A DNA stretch of 62,264 nt, the filler included, from Globobulimina sp. (lineage: Eukaryota), in NCBI GenBank assembly GCA_003354225.1. It is 26 parts of 26 records of this genome, joined end to end, with 100 filler letters (N's around TTAATTAATTAA, not from the genome) between each part and the next. Parts side by side here need not be neighbours in the genome. Positions count along the whole stretch, not along the records: positions 47,980 to 50,277 come from PIVH01007558.1; positions 50,378 to 52,675 come from PIVH01007559.1; positions 52,776 to 55,073 come from PIVH01007560.1; positions 55,174 to 57,470 come from PIVH01007561.1; positions 57,571 to 59,867 come from PIVH01007562.1; positions 59,968 to 62,264 come from PIVH01007563.1; 20 more parts are not named here. One strand, 5' to 3'. The notes under the pieces were generated by a model, which saw only the letters and a list, made by a program, of their open reading frames with translations, had not been told where the DNA came from and searched no databases. Both the position numbers and the translations under genes were made by a program. Positions 48,827 through 61,779 of this stretch are shown here, piece by piece (the first letter of the stretch is position 1; each line of letters begins with the position of its first letter).

Positions 48827-49340
48827 ATGAGCTACTTCTAGAATGATTATATGGCAAACAATATAAATTACGCCGGAATGACAATTTTCGAGTCAAATAT
48901 GAAATATAAATATATCGACGGACAAATGCGAGGAATTCTGCCTTTTAACCTTAGAGAACCAATGATACAGCTGGCAAATTGGAACCAAGCAAATTAAAAT
49001 ATCATAATGACGGTTACGTCTTTGATAAAATTTGTGATAAAAAATTGGTATCAAACGAGGTGGATATGTCTCAGTTCGAGAGAGATACATTTGAATATGT
49101 GGTGATGCAAACCTTCCCTAGGTCTGCAAAAGATGAAAACGATTATCATAATCCGAAATGGATTACGATATCGAGAGATAGAATTGAGGATGAATTGAAT
49201 TGGGATCACTGGATATATCATTTGTTTGTTGGGTCCATAATTAAAACGCAGATTGGGAAGAATAAAGAGAACTGTGATTATTATGGAATCCACCGCAGAC
49301 TTTACGTGATTTGAAGAATTTAGAGGGCAAAAATGATCGA

Positions 49341-50068
49341 TATTTAGGTGGATTTTGGTTTAATAAAGTATTACATCATTATCCTCGGCATTTTAACTGG
49401 ACTGTTGACGCGAATGGAATTGATGCACAGGATTATTGGCCGAAAAATAATCCTTTTGTACAGGTAAGCGATGCGGTGGAATTGTAAGCGATGCGGCGGA
49501 ATAATCCTTTAGAGATAAAATGTGGAATTGTAAGCGATGCGGTACATCAAATACTAACAACCGTGCGTTATGTCATAATTGTAGTGTGTTGTGTATGGTA
49601 TATTACGGCCAAGATAGAGTGCAGCAACATCAGTTAAATGATAACAGAAATAAATCACAACCATTAAGGACGCACAACCGCAATCAATATTAAGTAATAA
49701 CGTGGACGGTGGTTTACAATATGATATTGATAACGGCGCTCAACAGTTGATCCCAGAACAACGAAAGCAAGCTCAAATACAACAAAGCCAACGAAAGCAG
49801 GATCAAAGACACCAAGGACTCACACCTCCTCCCAAGCCGTTGATGAGTATGAAAGAAATGGAATTAGCAACTTGGCGAACAAAAGTTAGTCGGTTTAGTG
49901 GATTGCCACATAAATTTGATAGCCCGTTTAGGATGAAAAGAACGCCTGCACAAATGGATTATTTTTCTGCCAATAATCCTGTGCATCAATACCATTCGCG
50001 TCGACAGTCCAGTTAAAATGCCGAGGATAATGATGTAACACTTTATTAAACCAAAATCCACCTAAATA
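49341..50068. repeat. 124-bp inverted duplication (49341-49464 and 49945-50068) of a coding segment
   Basis: Both arms encode YLGGFWFNKVLHHYPRHFNWTVDANGIDAQDYW(P/Q)KNNPFVQ; six substitutions seen. Confidence 0.9.
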
Positions 50069-50377
50069 CAAATGCTTGGTGTGAGTTATACTCCCAGATG
50101 CTGGGCTTGATGTAGATGGTGGTTCTTTTAATGACAGATTGTCTCCACCCCACACAAATCCAGAAAGAATGTTTGTGTTTGTAATGTACTCAACCTCGCG
50201 AAGTCGCGATCTGAGAGACTAGAAACACAGGGACCCCTTCTACAGCATATGTGATGGGATGGGAGTCAACAAACCACNNNNNNNNNNNNNNNNNNNNNNN
50301 NNNNNNNNNNNNNNNNNNNNNTTAATTAATTAANNNNNNNNNNNNNNNNNNNNNNNNNNNNNNNNNNNNNNNNNNNN

Positions 50378-52675
50378 TGTCCTAGTTTCACTGCTTTGTA
50401 AAAGCACAATAAAATATACGTTTCACTGCTTTCAGACGAAAGCATAATAACAAACCAGTTTCACTGCTTCATGTGAAGCATAATAACTACTTTTCACTGC
50501 TTGTTAATAAGCATAATAACTTAATATATCTTGATATCAAAATAAATAGATATCATAATGAGTGCAAGACAAACTCAAGTAACGTTGGCATCGCGCATGT
50601 TAGAGTTATCAAATCCAAATTCGTTTACAGCAACGTTCTCTGGCAATCCGCGTGAAACATTGAAATATATATTCGCTGCAAAATTATTCCTAAAAATAAA
50701 CTGTTTTAAGGATGAAAATGTGTGCTTTGCAAGAATTTTTAATTCATTAGACACCGAAACACAAACCTTATTTATGTTGGAATATGGGGATGAAAGTGAG
50801 CCATCAACGGATGAGGATAACCAAAACGTTGCAGCTGCCAAACCAACTACGGAGACAGTAAAAAATCTGTTTAAATGGATGTTAGATAAATATCCACCTC
50901 CACCATTAAAATACGAATTTGTTCAGAAGTTGAAATCTGATACACAGCGCTATAATGAAAATCCTGTTATTGTGTATCAAAGATATAAAACAAAATTAAA
51001 AAAGATATTAAAAAGTATCAAATTAATTAATTAATAAAGCACGCAGTTTAACAAATAGAATAAAAACAGTGTCACAAGAAGTACAGTTGGATGCATTAAA
51101 AGGTATATTTATTAGAAAAAATTACTCAAAGAAATATAGAAATGAGGGGTTATTGAATAAATTAACTCGAAGCTATATTGCAAAAGCGAAGCCAGCGACC
51201 ACTGCAGATTGGGATACAATATTCGAATCAATTAAATACGAGTTAATATCCTCAATGTATGATGGTATGGCAGAGTACGAATATACTGTTTATAAACCAT
51301 CGCCGTCGGACTTCGAAATATATAAAATGATGTTTATAAACGACCAAATCCGAATAAAAACTTACCAAATCCTAAACGACAACGTTTGAATGACTCAAAT
51401 TATAATATCACTTGCTATCGATGTGGCAAGTTGGGACATCGTAAAAGTGCTTGCTATGCAAATTGGCATAAAGATGGAACGAAACTGTATAAAGAGACTG
51501 GTTTATTTTGTACTCGATGTGAGCGTAATAACCATAACATTGACGATTGCGGTGCATCATATTATTCAGATGGTACATTCATTGATGATAATAAAAATAA
51601 CACATTTAACCGTAATAAAAATAAAAAACAATTTTATACAAAAACTAATAAGGATAAAAAAGCTCCATTGAAACCAGAGATAAATGCATTAAATCGTAAT
51701 AATAAAAATATTAAAAACGCCATTCACAAATTACGTAATTCAATAAATAATAATAACCATATTAATGCAGAGGAATTGGAGCTATATAATACAATGTGCG
51801 ATAACGTTGAGTCAATAAATAATGATAATCAGCGTGCGCTGCACGACTCGGCCTAAAACACAATATATATCTCCATCGCTATTAGGAATTGAATCAATCA
51901 ATACCTGCGATATTGACATCCCAATTGATATAATTGATTTGAATGTAACTGCACCAATATTGAGCACAGTACGTGCAGCAGCTGATAATGGCGCAAATAT
52001 TGATTCCATATCTGGCATTGAATCATTTAAATATAAGAAACACATTAAATCAGCAACACGTGCTTTTAGACGCTGACATTGAAAAAGAGCGAGTGACTTA
52101 CCCAATAATTAGAAAAAAACGGCGAAAAGTCAGACACAGATATTGATTTGCAAGATGTAATTATTTCAAATAAAGACATAAATTTGAAACAATATATCTT
52201 AAATAAATTAAAAGCGTACAAATCAGTAATAGCGTCACATGAATACGACATTGGTCAAATACCAGGAGCTGAATTTACAATTAAATTCAAACCAAACGTT
52301 GATACAGATATCAAATGCCGAGAATATCCACATAATATAGCACATACAGATGAGATTGAACGTCAATTGACTGATTATCGTTTGTTAAATAAAATTACAG
52401 AACGAATGAAGTATCCATTGCCATCCATTGATAAATTGATTCGTACATTCCGTAATAAAGAATTTATAACAACCATTGATATGAAATCAGGATATTGGCA
52501 TATTCCCCTTAAGCCATCCGATAGATACAAAACAGCATTCGCTTTCAATGGACAAAAACACTTAACAGAGGTTTTTAAACGTATTGAAAAATACAAAATA
52601 AAAATCAGATTAGATAAATGTGCGTTTGCTCAACAATCCGTTGAGTATTTGGGATTTTTGGTGGATAAAAATGGA
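50378..52675 (+). mobile_element. Decayed Ty3/Gypsy LTR retrotransposon (gag, protease, RT fragment)
   Basis: Zinc knuckles CYRCGKLGHRKSAC and CTRCERNNHNIDDC; protease-like AADNGAN; RT motifs DYRLLN, YPLPSID, IDMKSGYWHI, KTAF, KCAFAQQSVEYLG; stops, frameshifts and internal deletions. Confidence 0.92.
50386..50519 (+). repeat. Four tandem hairpin units TTTCAC-TGCTT[var]AAGCA-YAATAA in the retrotransposon leader
   Basis: Units at 50386, 50421, 50459 and 50492 have constant flanks and variable but self-complementary centres. Confidence 0.85.
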
Positions 52676-52775
52676 NNNNNNNNNNNNNNNNNNNNNNNNN
52701 NNNNNNNNNNNNNNNNNNNTTAATTAATTAANNNNNNNNNNNNNNNNNNNNNNNNNNNNNNNNNNNNNNNNNNNN

Positions 52776-54468
52776 GAAAAAATGGATTGGTACACGACAC
52801 CATTTAATTTTATCACAATTTACTGAACTCATTAAATATATCGCACCACATATATCTCCAGAAGACGCCACAAACATATTTCATCGCATTGATAGTTTCA
52901 GCAATGGACAAATTGCAACACATATCTTGTTACAAAATGAATATTTGTCACGAATGATTTTAGTTATGTTACACAAGTAATTTGCTCGTTTTTCTGTTCG
53001 ATATTTTAAATCTGTTTTTTTAATTCGTGTTTTCAATTATTTTTCAACAGAATGAGAGTCAGTATATCGATATTGATGGAGATGCTAAACAGTTACGTGA
53101 GGAAACAAAAAGATTACAAGAATGGATAATTAATTATGGTGAACCCGCCGTAGATAAAGTAATGGAGTTGAAAGCAATTATAAATATTTATGAAAACGAG
53201 AGACATTCACAACAAATCCGTTTAGATAAACAAGATTCGGTAATGCAAGAATTGAATACTTTGGAAAACGAATTAAAACAAAGTACAACACGCTCCTCAT
53301 ATTTATGTGTTGATAATAAACATTTGATGTTACAAGCTCAGCAATCCGATAATCGATGGCTTTCTCAACGAAATTTAGTCGCAGCTAAAGATAAAGAATT
53401 AAAAACGTATAAGAAATTATCGACGGAGATGAGCATTATAAATGAAAAATACTTGAAGAAAAATCAACAGTTAACTGAGAAAAATAAAAATTTAGAGAAA
53501 GAAGTACAAGAATTAAGGTCTGTACATATTTATTTTTAACATCAATTCGGATTTTGATGTGACACGTTATCATAAGACAAATTATGTTGTCATTGGAGAA
53601 TGAAGCAATGCAAATATATCAGGACAATTATATAGAAATGGAAAGTTTGAGAAATGAAATAACTGTTTTAAAGGCCCAAACAGACAAAGTAGGGGCTGGT
53701 GGCCATGGAGTAGATGGTATTGCTGCTTTGTTACAACAAAATACAACAATAAAAATTGATAAAAGCGCTTTAGAAGATAACACAATGGCAAATATTATGA
53801 AAGCGGCAGATACAAAGACATCGAGATTTTATAATATGCATAAAAGACGGTCAACATTAGCTCATTGGTACACAAATTCATCATTTATGAGTCACAAAAC
53901 AAACGATATCACAAATTCGAGTCAGTGTATGCTACAGAATTCAGATGGTCGTGATGTTTTTGATGGCAATGTTACGGAATCGCAAACTGTAGATATATTT
54001 GAGGAGGCAATGAGTGCGGAAATTAGAAACGAATTAAAAAATGAAATAAAACAGGAATTTATGGAAGATTTTGAAATGAAATTAAATCAAAAAGATATTG
54101 AAAACGGATTGCAATTAAATAAAGAAAGAGAGGGATTGGAGAATGAAAAAAAAGATTTGATTGAAAAATATGAAGGATTAATAGAAAAATATGAATCAGA
54201 TTTACAGTCAACAAAGGAAATAAATACAAATACAAATTGTGATACATTTGAAGATGAAAAATCAAATAAAGGAAATCATCAATTTCTTCCCATATTACAT
54301 ACAAAAAATAGACAAAGTGTAGATATCGCATTGCAATCAGATACCAAGTCAGATATTGATGCAATCACAAAATTACAGTCTGCAATAGACGAGAAACCAA
54401 TGTATTGTAACATGGAACACTTAATCACTGAATGCACGTTGTTATGGTATTTTGCATTGGTTAAATGA
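52776..54468 (+). CDS. Long coiled-coil protein with degenerate EF-hand, multi-exon, 5'-truncated
   Basis: IFHRIDSFSNGQI followed by heptad-rich ORFs separated by GT-AG introns. Confidence 0.6.
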
Positions 54469-55211
54469 TATTTTGTGTATCATATTTATTTTTAGCTTCC
54501 CCATCTGTTCTACATCGATTTAATTTGCAGTTGAAAACGTTTTCGCACTTTGCGGATTTGTCAATTGCCAAAAAAAAGACTTTTTTAAGAATTTATCGTA
54601 AAATTTTGCAGAATTTGGTAGTAGCCGAATCGTGTGGATTATACTATAATATAAAGGACAAAAATGTTTGAATCCCGTAATGGAATGTTACAAAATATCC
54701 TACAACAGAACCTATTTTCGTCTGAAAAAAAAACTGTTTGTCCTTTATATTATAGTATAGAAAATAAAATTAAATTGCATTTTGAGTATGTCTTATTACT
54801 TAGTTATATAATAAAAAAATTAAACAAGTTTGAACCCACAGAAAATAAGAAGAGAAGTGGTATTATTACCATTTTCGATACCATCTACCCTTTTTTTTTG
54901 TAAATATCTTGATCTCAAAAAGCTTCAAAACCGTAAAAAGTCCAATTTCTCTAAAACTTCAAAAACTGTCAATTCTCTAAATGACACTTTATGCTCAAAA
55001 AGCAAATTCATCTAAAAGTCAAATTATGCATTTTTTGAATTTGCTGAAATATGGAATTTGCTGAAATATGAAANNNNNNNNNNNNNNNNNNNNNNNNNNN
55101 NNNNNNNNNNNNNNNNNTTAATTAATTAANNNNNNNNNNNNNNNNNNNNNNNNNNNNNNNNNNNNNNNNNNNNACATTATATATAAAATAGAATATTGAA
55201 TACAGTCAGTC

Positions 55212-55694
55212 TCAGTTATTTATAGTATTTACTGTTGAGGCACAATACATGATGGCAATCATCATCAAAATACAAATTATCTCTTGATAATAATATCTAA
55301 ATTTATGCGACTGTTTAAATTCATTATTATCGTAGGTTTCCATTGTATAACCATCGTATTTCTCTGAAATTACAGTTATTTCCATTTTTTGTGTATTATC
55401 AGCGGACGTTTCAATGACATTTTCAGCGTTTTGCGTATTTGTACAAACCAAAATATCAGATGTTTGTAAATTGCATACGTTGTTGTTCGTGATGGCAATA
55501 TCAATGCAATCATCGGCATATGAATCAAAGTCTGAATCATATGAATCATAGTCAGAGTCTAAAAAGCCAGAATCGATTAATCGTTTGACTGTTTGTTCAA
55601 TTTGCAGTGCATGTTCTTTTTCTAATAATTTTATTTGTGCCTCAGCATATTGGATGGATGTACCGAGAAAGTGATCCATGGATCGTGCAGGCAA
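55212..55694 (-). CDS. Hypothetical protein with C-terminal TM (tail-anchor-like)
   Basis: 160-aa ORF with acidic DSDYDS tract and hydrophobic IICILMMIAIMYC; start uncertain. Confidence 0.45.
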   Translation of the reverse strand: MPARSMDHFLGTSIQYAEAQIKLLEKEHALQIEQTVKRLIDSGFLDSDYDSYDSDFDSYADDCIDIAITNNNVCNLQTSDILVCTNTQNAENVIETSADNTQKMEITVISEKYDGYTMETYDNNEFKQSHKFRYYYQEIICILMMIAIMYCASTVNTINN

Positions 55695-55914
55695 AGCTGC
55701 ACGTTTTCTAATTCTGACTGAAGAAAGGATTTTCTCATCAAAATCTTATATAAACTATAGCCCCTCTACGAATACACAAATTCAGACTTTAATAATTGTA
55801 TACACCGGTATTAAAACAACGCGCATATGTTTCTTTTCTGAAATAAAATTAATTAATATCTAATATTATATTGGTATTCAAAAAATTGTACAAAAGACTA
55901 AAAAGTTTATTTAT

Positions 55915-56727
55915 TTATTTAAGATTTGCTTGTTCAGAATCACAGTTGACAACATGTGCATATCTCACTTTTTCCCCTTTATACCGTTTACCTTTACCCA
56001 TTGCGGCACAATACACATAAGCCATTACTCCCAAATTAACCATCAATAACGCAACAACCATAATATCTTTATATGTTTTCCAAAATGAGGTCATTGTACC
56101 GGTACCGGTGTCTGTACCAACCGCAGAATAATCCGTATACGTATTCCATCCAACAGCTTCCGCATTGGCCCTCCTCCGCTGTTGCATTGCTTCAATCTCG
56201 AGTTGCATTGCAATTATTGCTGCATTATTAGCAGAGATAGCATCCTCTGCTTGCGGGAATAAGCTAGAACAAAAATGCGCAAAGTTATCGCAATCCTCTA
56301 TATAAATATAAAAATAAAAATAAATTTGCTATACAATTATAAATAAGATAGAAATATATATACCAGTCACGGCGCAGTAAAATGTTGTCTTATAAGGTAA
56401 CTCACCAACCGCCGTTCCCCACGTTGGTTTGTCATGATAATTGCCATTTCCATCTTGTATTTCTGTATGTAATAAGCCATACGCCCACGGTGGACCTCCT
56501 CCAATTTGAAGCCAATCATTATCGCCCAAAACCGGTGTCCAAACATCATCCTTTTCGAGCCCTCCTCCCAAATAATCCAATACTTCTTGTTTAGTGGCTA
56601 AAGCACCCCCTGCGTCGGCACAGGCTTCTGCACATTGTGCGTAATTCTTTGTTCCTATGACGTTCTCTGTGATTTGAACGCCTCGGGTAAGGGTAATTGT
56701 TAATAACAGCCCTACAATACGCATCAT
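55915..56727 (-). CDS. Type I membrane protein with C-type-lectin/Link-like ectodomain, one intron
   Basis: Signal peptide; NYAQCAEACADAGGALAT, DVWTPV, DWLQIG, FYCAV; short coiled coil; TM IMVVALLMVNLGVMAYVYC. Confidence 0.7.
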
Positions 56728-57121
56728 TTTAATTGTTAATTAATTTGTATGGATTTGTATGGATTTGGTAAATATCAACGGTTCTAGATAGGGTTCGTCG
56801 GGAATTTAAGTGGAATTTAAAAGTTAAGTGGTTTTCTTAAATAAGAAAAACCAAAACTAAAAAACTTTATCACTATGTACAGAAACGATCGAAAGAAAGA
56901 AAGAAGAAATATATAAAGGATACAAAAACAAAAGACACGAACCAATCAATAATTATTAAATCCAGAAAAAAGAAACAGGTAAAGAAATGAATAGGAAATT
57001 AAGGGATAAATAAATAAATAAAAGAAAGATTATTATTATACACTATACACAGTATACACAAAGAAAGTGTTGTTCTTTACACGATTTTGAAAGATAGTAA
57101 ATGCACACAAACAATGATAAA

Positions 57122-57470
57122 TTATTCCATTTGAAGATTATTCTGTGGTTTATATTTACAAGTTACATAACCAGCACACAATGTAACTAATAATGCCGCC
57201 ACGAAGCATATTCCCACCACATAATACATTGAATTATGCATATTCTCCCAAAACAATGATACAAATAATAATGCAAACGCTTTCAACCAATTTCGAAATA
57301 ATCCCTTTGCTCCACTAACTTTGCCACTATCTTTTGTCGATTGGATGTCCAATATAATCATTTCCGACGTCATAGAGATTACACCCAAGGTAGAACCTAT
57401 ACTTATGTCAAAAATCCAATACAATTTCAAGGATGGAAGGTGCGGATATAAATACAGCAAATGAAATATC
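57122..57470 (-). CDS. MFS transporter C-terminal fragment
   Basis: Three TM helices with KDSGKVSG loop motif. Confidence 0.6.
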
Positions 57471-58500
57471 NNNNNNNNNNNNNNNNNNNNNNNNNNNNNN
57501 NNNNNNNNNNNNNNTTAATTAATTAANNNNNNNNNNNNNNNNNNNNNNNNNNNNNNNNNNNNNNNNNNNNACTGCCATAGTGTAATATGGATAGTTGCTA
57601 TATATTCCAGAATATAAATATTCACCATTTATGTTGGTACTTGAGACAGACGCCGCCGTCATTCCCCAGACACATATACTAGTATCTAAATATTATTATT
57701 ATCTTATTTGATTATATACTTTTGGGTATAGTTTCATGTATACTACAGATATAATATAGGTATACTAGTACATATGAATCATATTATGTGCATATACTGA
57801 ACTTTGAGCATCCATGGCTTTTATAAACATGCATAAAATGAAAAACGAGACCATGATTACACTACCGACGAGTTTTTTGACTAGAAAACTTCACAGTTTG
57901 TTAATAATTTCACCTTTATGTTTATCTTTGTAACTGTTCTACTTTCTGTTTATATTTATTCCAAAATATATCAATAAGGATACAGAAACACCAAATAAAA
58001 CTATAAATACAATATTATTTTTATTACCATTGACATTATCATTATGATTGTCATAACTCGTTGTTATCGGATTTTTTTCAATAGCCAATAGTTGGCTCAT
58101 CAGTTGCCAGCTTTATTGAATGGATCATAAAATATATAATAAAATAAAAAAAAAGACACACAAACAACAACCGAATGGTCTTTGATACGTTGGAGATCGT
58201 TCGAGATACATTGGTATGCTTTCTCATCGGAATTGGATACGTTGGGAAACGTTCGCAACATAACTTAAAAAAACGCCTGCAAACGGTACATATTATTTGG
58301 ATGTGCTCTAATCAATTCGATAATCGTCAAATGCATCATTAAATTCCTTTGCATATACACATAAACCATCGCTGTCACGATTCAAATATATAACAACCAC
58401 TTCTTAATAATTGTATGCACTGCCAGTGGGTAGTATATTCCTGCAATGAACCTGCGCCAACTCGAGTTTTTTTATAAAAAATTCTAGATATTTGAAAAAG

Positions 58501-59867
58501 ATGGGAAATGAAACGAGTGGTGATATCATGTTGTCAAAGAACTACAAATACAAGTATAAAAACAGACGGTGTATGTATCGGTATGAAATGTTGGAAATCA
58601 GTCCAAAAGAACTAAAAACAATCAATATTTTACTCGAAACTGCAAAGTCAAAAACAGAAAGTAAAGAAGAACAATACAATCCTTATCAACAATTATTAGA
58701 TATAACATCAAAAAGACCCATTAAAATAATTATAGACACCGATATTGGAACAGATATTGATGATGTTTTAGCATTACTTCAATTCATCCATATGCCACAA
58801 AAAGATGTAGAATGTTTGGGCATCACTACCAATTATCGACCCACTTTACTTCGTAAACATATCGTTGAAAGAATATTGCATGAATGCAAAGATAAAAAAT
58901 GGAATGAAAATAAAATCAATGTTGTTGCTGGTAACAGTCATCTCTGTGGCACCCATCGTCCTTTCTACTATGCAGGAAATGAAGGCCATGGCTTAGGATT
59001 ATCCAACTCCGAACAAGCAGAATTATGGAACACTGTGGAAAATAGTCAAGCGGAAGATTTCATATATCAAACTATCAAAAAATATCCAAAGCAAGTTACC
59101 ATAGTTTCCATTGGAATACCTACAAATATCGGTAATTGTATCCATAAATATGGCAAAAAAGAATTTGAATCATTGGTTGGACATATTATGGTAATGGGTG
59201 GTGGCTCGATTATGGACCAACGATCGAAAATAAATGGCAGTGTCGGTCAATATGTTCGTAAAGAGACACTATGGAAGCACAGAGGCAATATAACCACTGA
59301 GGAATTGAATAAAATTAAGCATCCGTTCGAATTGCCATCGTTGATTGTTAAAGCATTAAATTGGTGTAAAAATTATGAATATGATAAAGTGGTACACTTT
59401 TTCCCGAATCATAATATTTCGGGAGATACAGTAGCATCGCAAATGATGTTTGAATGTAAATGTCCGATATCAGTCATTCCACATCATATAACAAGGAAAC
59501 ATATATTGAAAGGAAAAGCGATTGAAACTTTGTTGCATATTTCTACAAAATGCGAGACAGGAATTGGTAAAGCTAAATATATTGAATATGAAAATGGAAT
59601 TTGTGCCTGTTTAATGCGCGAATGGTTTCGAGTAAGAAGAGGACAAAGATTGCAATGCTTACATGACCCATTAACTTTATATGAAGCGGTTTATCCAATT
59701 CATGAGAATGAGAGTGACAAAGAAGAGAGGAAAGAGAGTAAAGAGGATGAAGCACAATTTGAGATTGGAAAATCGTGTTTGAAGTATTGTTATGGCACTT
59801 TTCTTGTTCATGAATGGGCTGCGTTTATGACATTTGTGCCGGATAAACACGGACCTCATCGTTTTGC
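58501..59867 (+). CDS. Inosine/uridine-preferring nucleoside hydrolase family protein, 3'-truncated
   Basis: IIIDTDIGTDIDDVLAL, VSIGIPTNI, VMGGG, HN, CLHDPL. Confidence 0.92.
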
Positions 59868-59967
59868 NNNNNNNNNNNNNNNNNNNNNNNNNNNNNNNNN
59901 NNNNNNNNNNNTTAATTAATTAANNNNNNNNNNNNNNNNNNNNNNNNNNNNNNNNNNNNNNNNNNNN

Positions 59968-60871
59968 AGATGGCGTTAAGGAAACATTTAAAAATCGACA
60001 GTATTTTAGTTTGCCAGAAAATATGGATTATTTTTTAGGTAAAGTTCCAGTCACATTGTATACACTGCGAATTATATTAATTTATTTTCTATTTTTTTGT
60101 TGCGGTTTCTTGCCTTAAATATGTTGTTTTAGCTATAAATCTGTATCGCACTACGAATAAATTGCGTTTTCAGTTAATTATTTTCAAAAACAGGTTGTTG
60201 TTTGTTAATGTTCAGACAAAATAAGTGTAATAATGGATGAGAGTGCAGATAAAATGTACACTCCGTCATTGGAAGACATACTTAATGCTCGTATAAAGAC
60301 AACAGGCATCATTGAAAGGACCTATTTCATAAAGAAAACCACATTTAATATGTTTGATGTCGGTGGACAGAGAAATGAAAGAAAAAAATGGATTCAGTTA
60401 TTTGATAATGTGCAAGCCGTTATTTTTGTTGCTGCGTTGAACCATTATTGTTCGGTTTTAGTTGAAGATGAAAGAATAAATTCTATGCAAGAATCATTGC
60501 AATTATTTGAACAAACTGTGAATTTAAAATGGTTCTCAGCAAATAATACACAATGGATATTATTCTTAAATAAAAACGATTTGTTTATTAAGCGGTTAAA
60601 AAATGATAGGATCCCATTACAAATATGTTTTGGCGATGAATTCAAGTACGATTATAATGGAAAGCAACAAGACTTTAAGGAATATTATCAATTTGCTATT
60701 CATTTTATAAAACAACAATATTTAGCACAGATTGAGGATGAAGAGATTAAAAAAAATATCAAAGTTCATGTGACTGTGGCTACGAATAAATCCAATGTTG
60801 AAAAGGTATTAAAAGCTGTTATTGCTGGAATCATAAAAAATACGTTGAAGGAGTTAGAAATAATAAACTAG
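59968..60871 (+). CDS. Heterotrimeric G-protein alpha subunit, C-terminal part, one intron
   Basis: DILNARIKTTGI, FDVGGQRNERKKWI, ILFLNKND, HVTVATN. Confidence 0.95.
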
Positions 60872-61153
60872 TTTTTTTGTCTTCTCTTTTTGTAATTTTT
60901 GCGCTCATTTTTATAAGATAAGGCAAAGGATTATGTATTTAAATCATATTTTTGTTCCTCCAAAATTATTCTGTATTAATTATGTTATGCGTTTTAACTT
61001 TTTTTTTGCTGTATTTTATCTCAATTTATCACTTTTTCTCAAAAACAGTGAGGTCACTTCAAATCAGCACTACAACATGAATTATATCATGACAATACAA
61101 CTAATAATTTGGTTTCTGTTGGTCAAAAAAAAAATTAATACTGAAAAAAAAAA

Positions 61154-61639
61154 TTATTTCTTGAAAATGAATGCACAGCACCCACATGACGCAGGTATTA
61201 ACATTGACAGCGCGCCAAAACATATCCACCATATATCTCTTACTTCGCTCAAGCCACCGCATGATTGCTGTAACCGTAGATCCTCAAAATAAACAAAACT
61301 GAAAAATAACCAAATATACATTAATAGTATGATCCATACAATATATATTATCACATAAATGCATAATACCACAAAAAATGGTACCATGGTACGACCAGCA
61401 AAAATTATTGCTGCATACAATAAGATGGCACATGCCAATCCCGCATAGGACGCGTCACTTAAAAACTCGCTCCAATCACCATTCACGTAATCATATTCGT
61501 TTTCATATATGCACGTTGTATAAAGATCAAAAATATCCCTACTCCAATCTGCTGCTAGTAATCCAAATACATGTCCTAACACTAAACACGATGATATGAC
61601 AAAACCAACTATCAATCCATAGAAAAACGATTTGGCCAT
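61154..61639 (-). CDS. Four-TM membrane protein
   Basis: ATG-initiated 161-aa ORF with four hydrophobic helices and Cys-rich tail. Confidence 0.6.
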   Translation of the reverse strand: MAKSFFYGLIVGFVISSCLVLGHVFGLLAADWSRDIFDLYTTCIYENEYDYVNGDWSEFLSDASYAGLACAILLYAAIIFAGRTMVPFFVVLCIYVIIYIVWIILLMYIWLFFSFVYFEDLRLQQSCGGLSEVRDIWWICFGALSMLIPASCGCCAFIFKK

Positions 61640-61779
61640 AATGCACTATGATATGTTTTATAATTATATTGTATTTCGATGTAGTGAGTGTTGTGTATTT
61701 TGTGTGGTTTTAATTTGTTTTTGCTTCGTCAAAGTGTTGCCATCATTCTGAGCTCAAGAAAACTTCAACTAAACTGTTC

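Noticed and set aside
49341-50068. Amplification fold-back artefact as the cause of the inverted duplication
   Set aside because: The arms differ at six sites, five of them synonymous, so they diverged under selection
50386-50519. CRISPR array or hammerhead ribozymes
   Set aside because: Variable parts are only 3-8 nt, there are no cas genes and the context is a eukaryotic retroelement; no CTGATGA core on either strand
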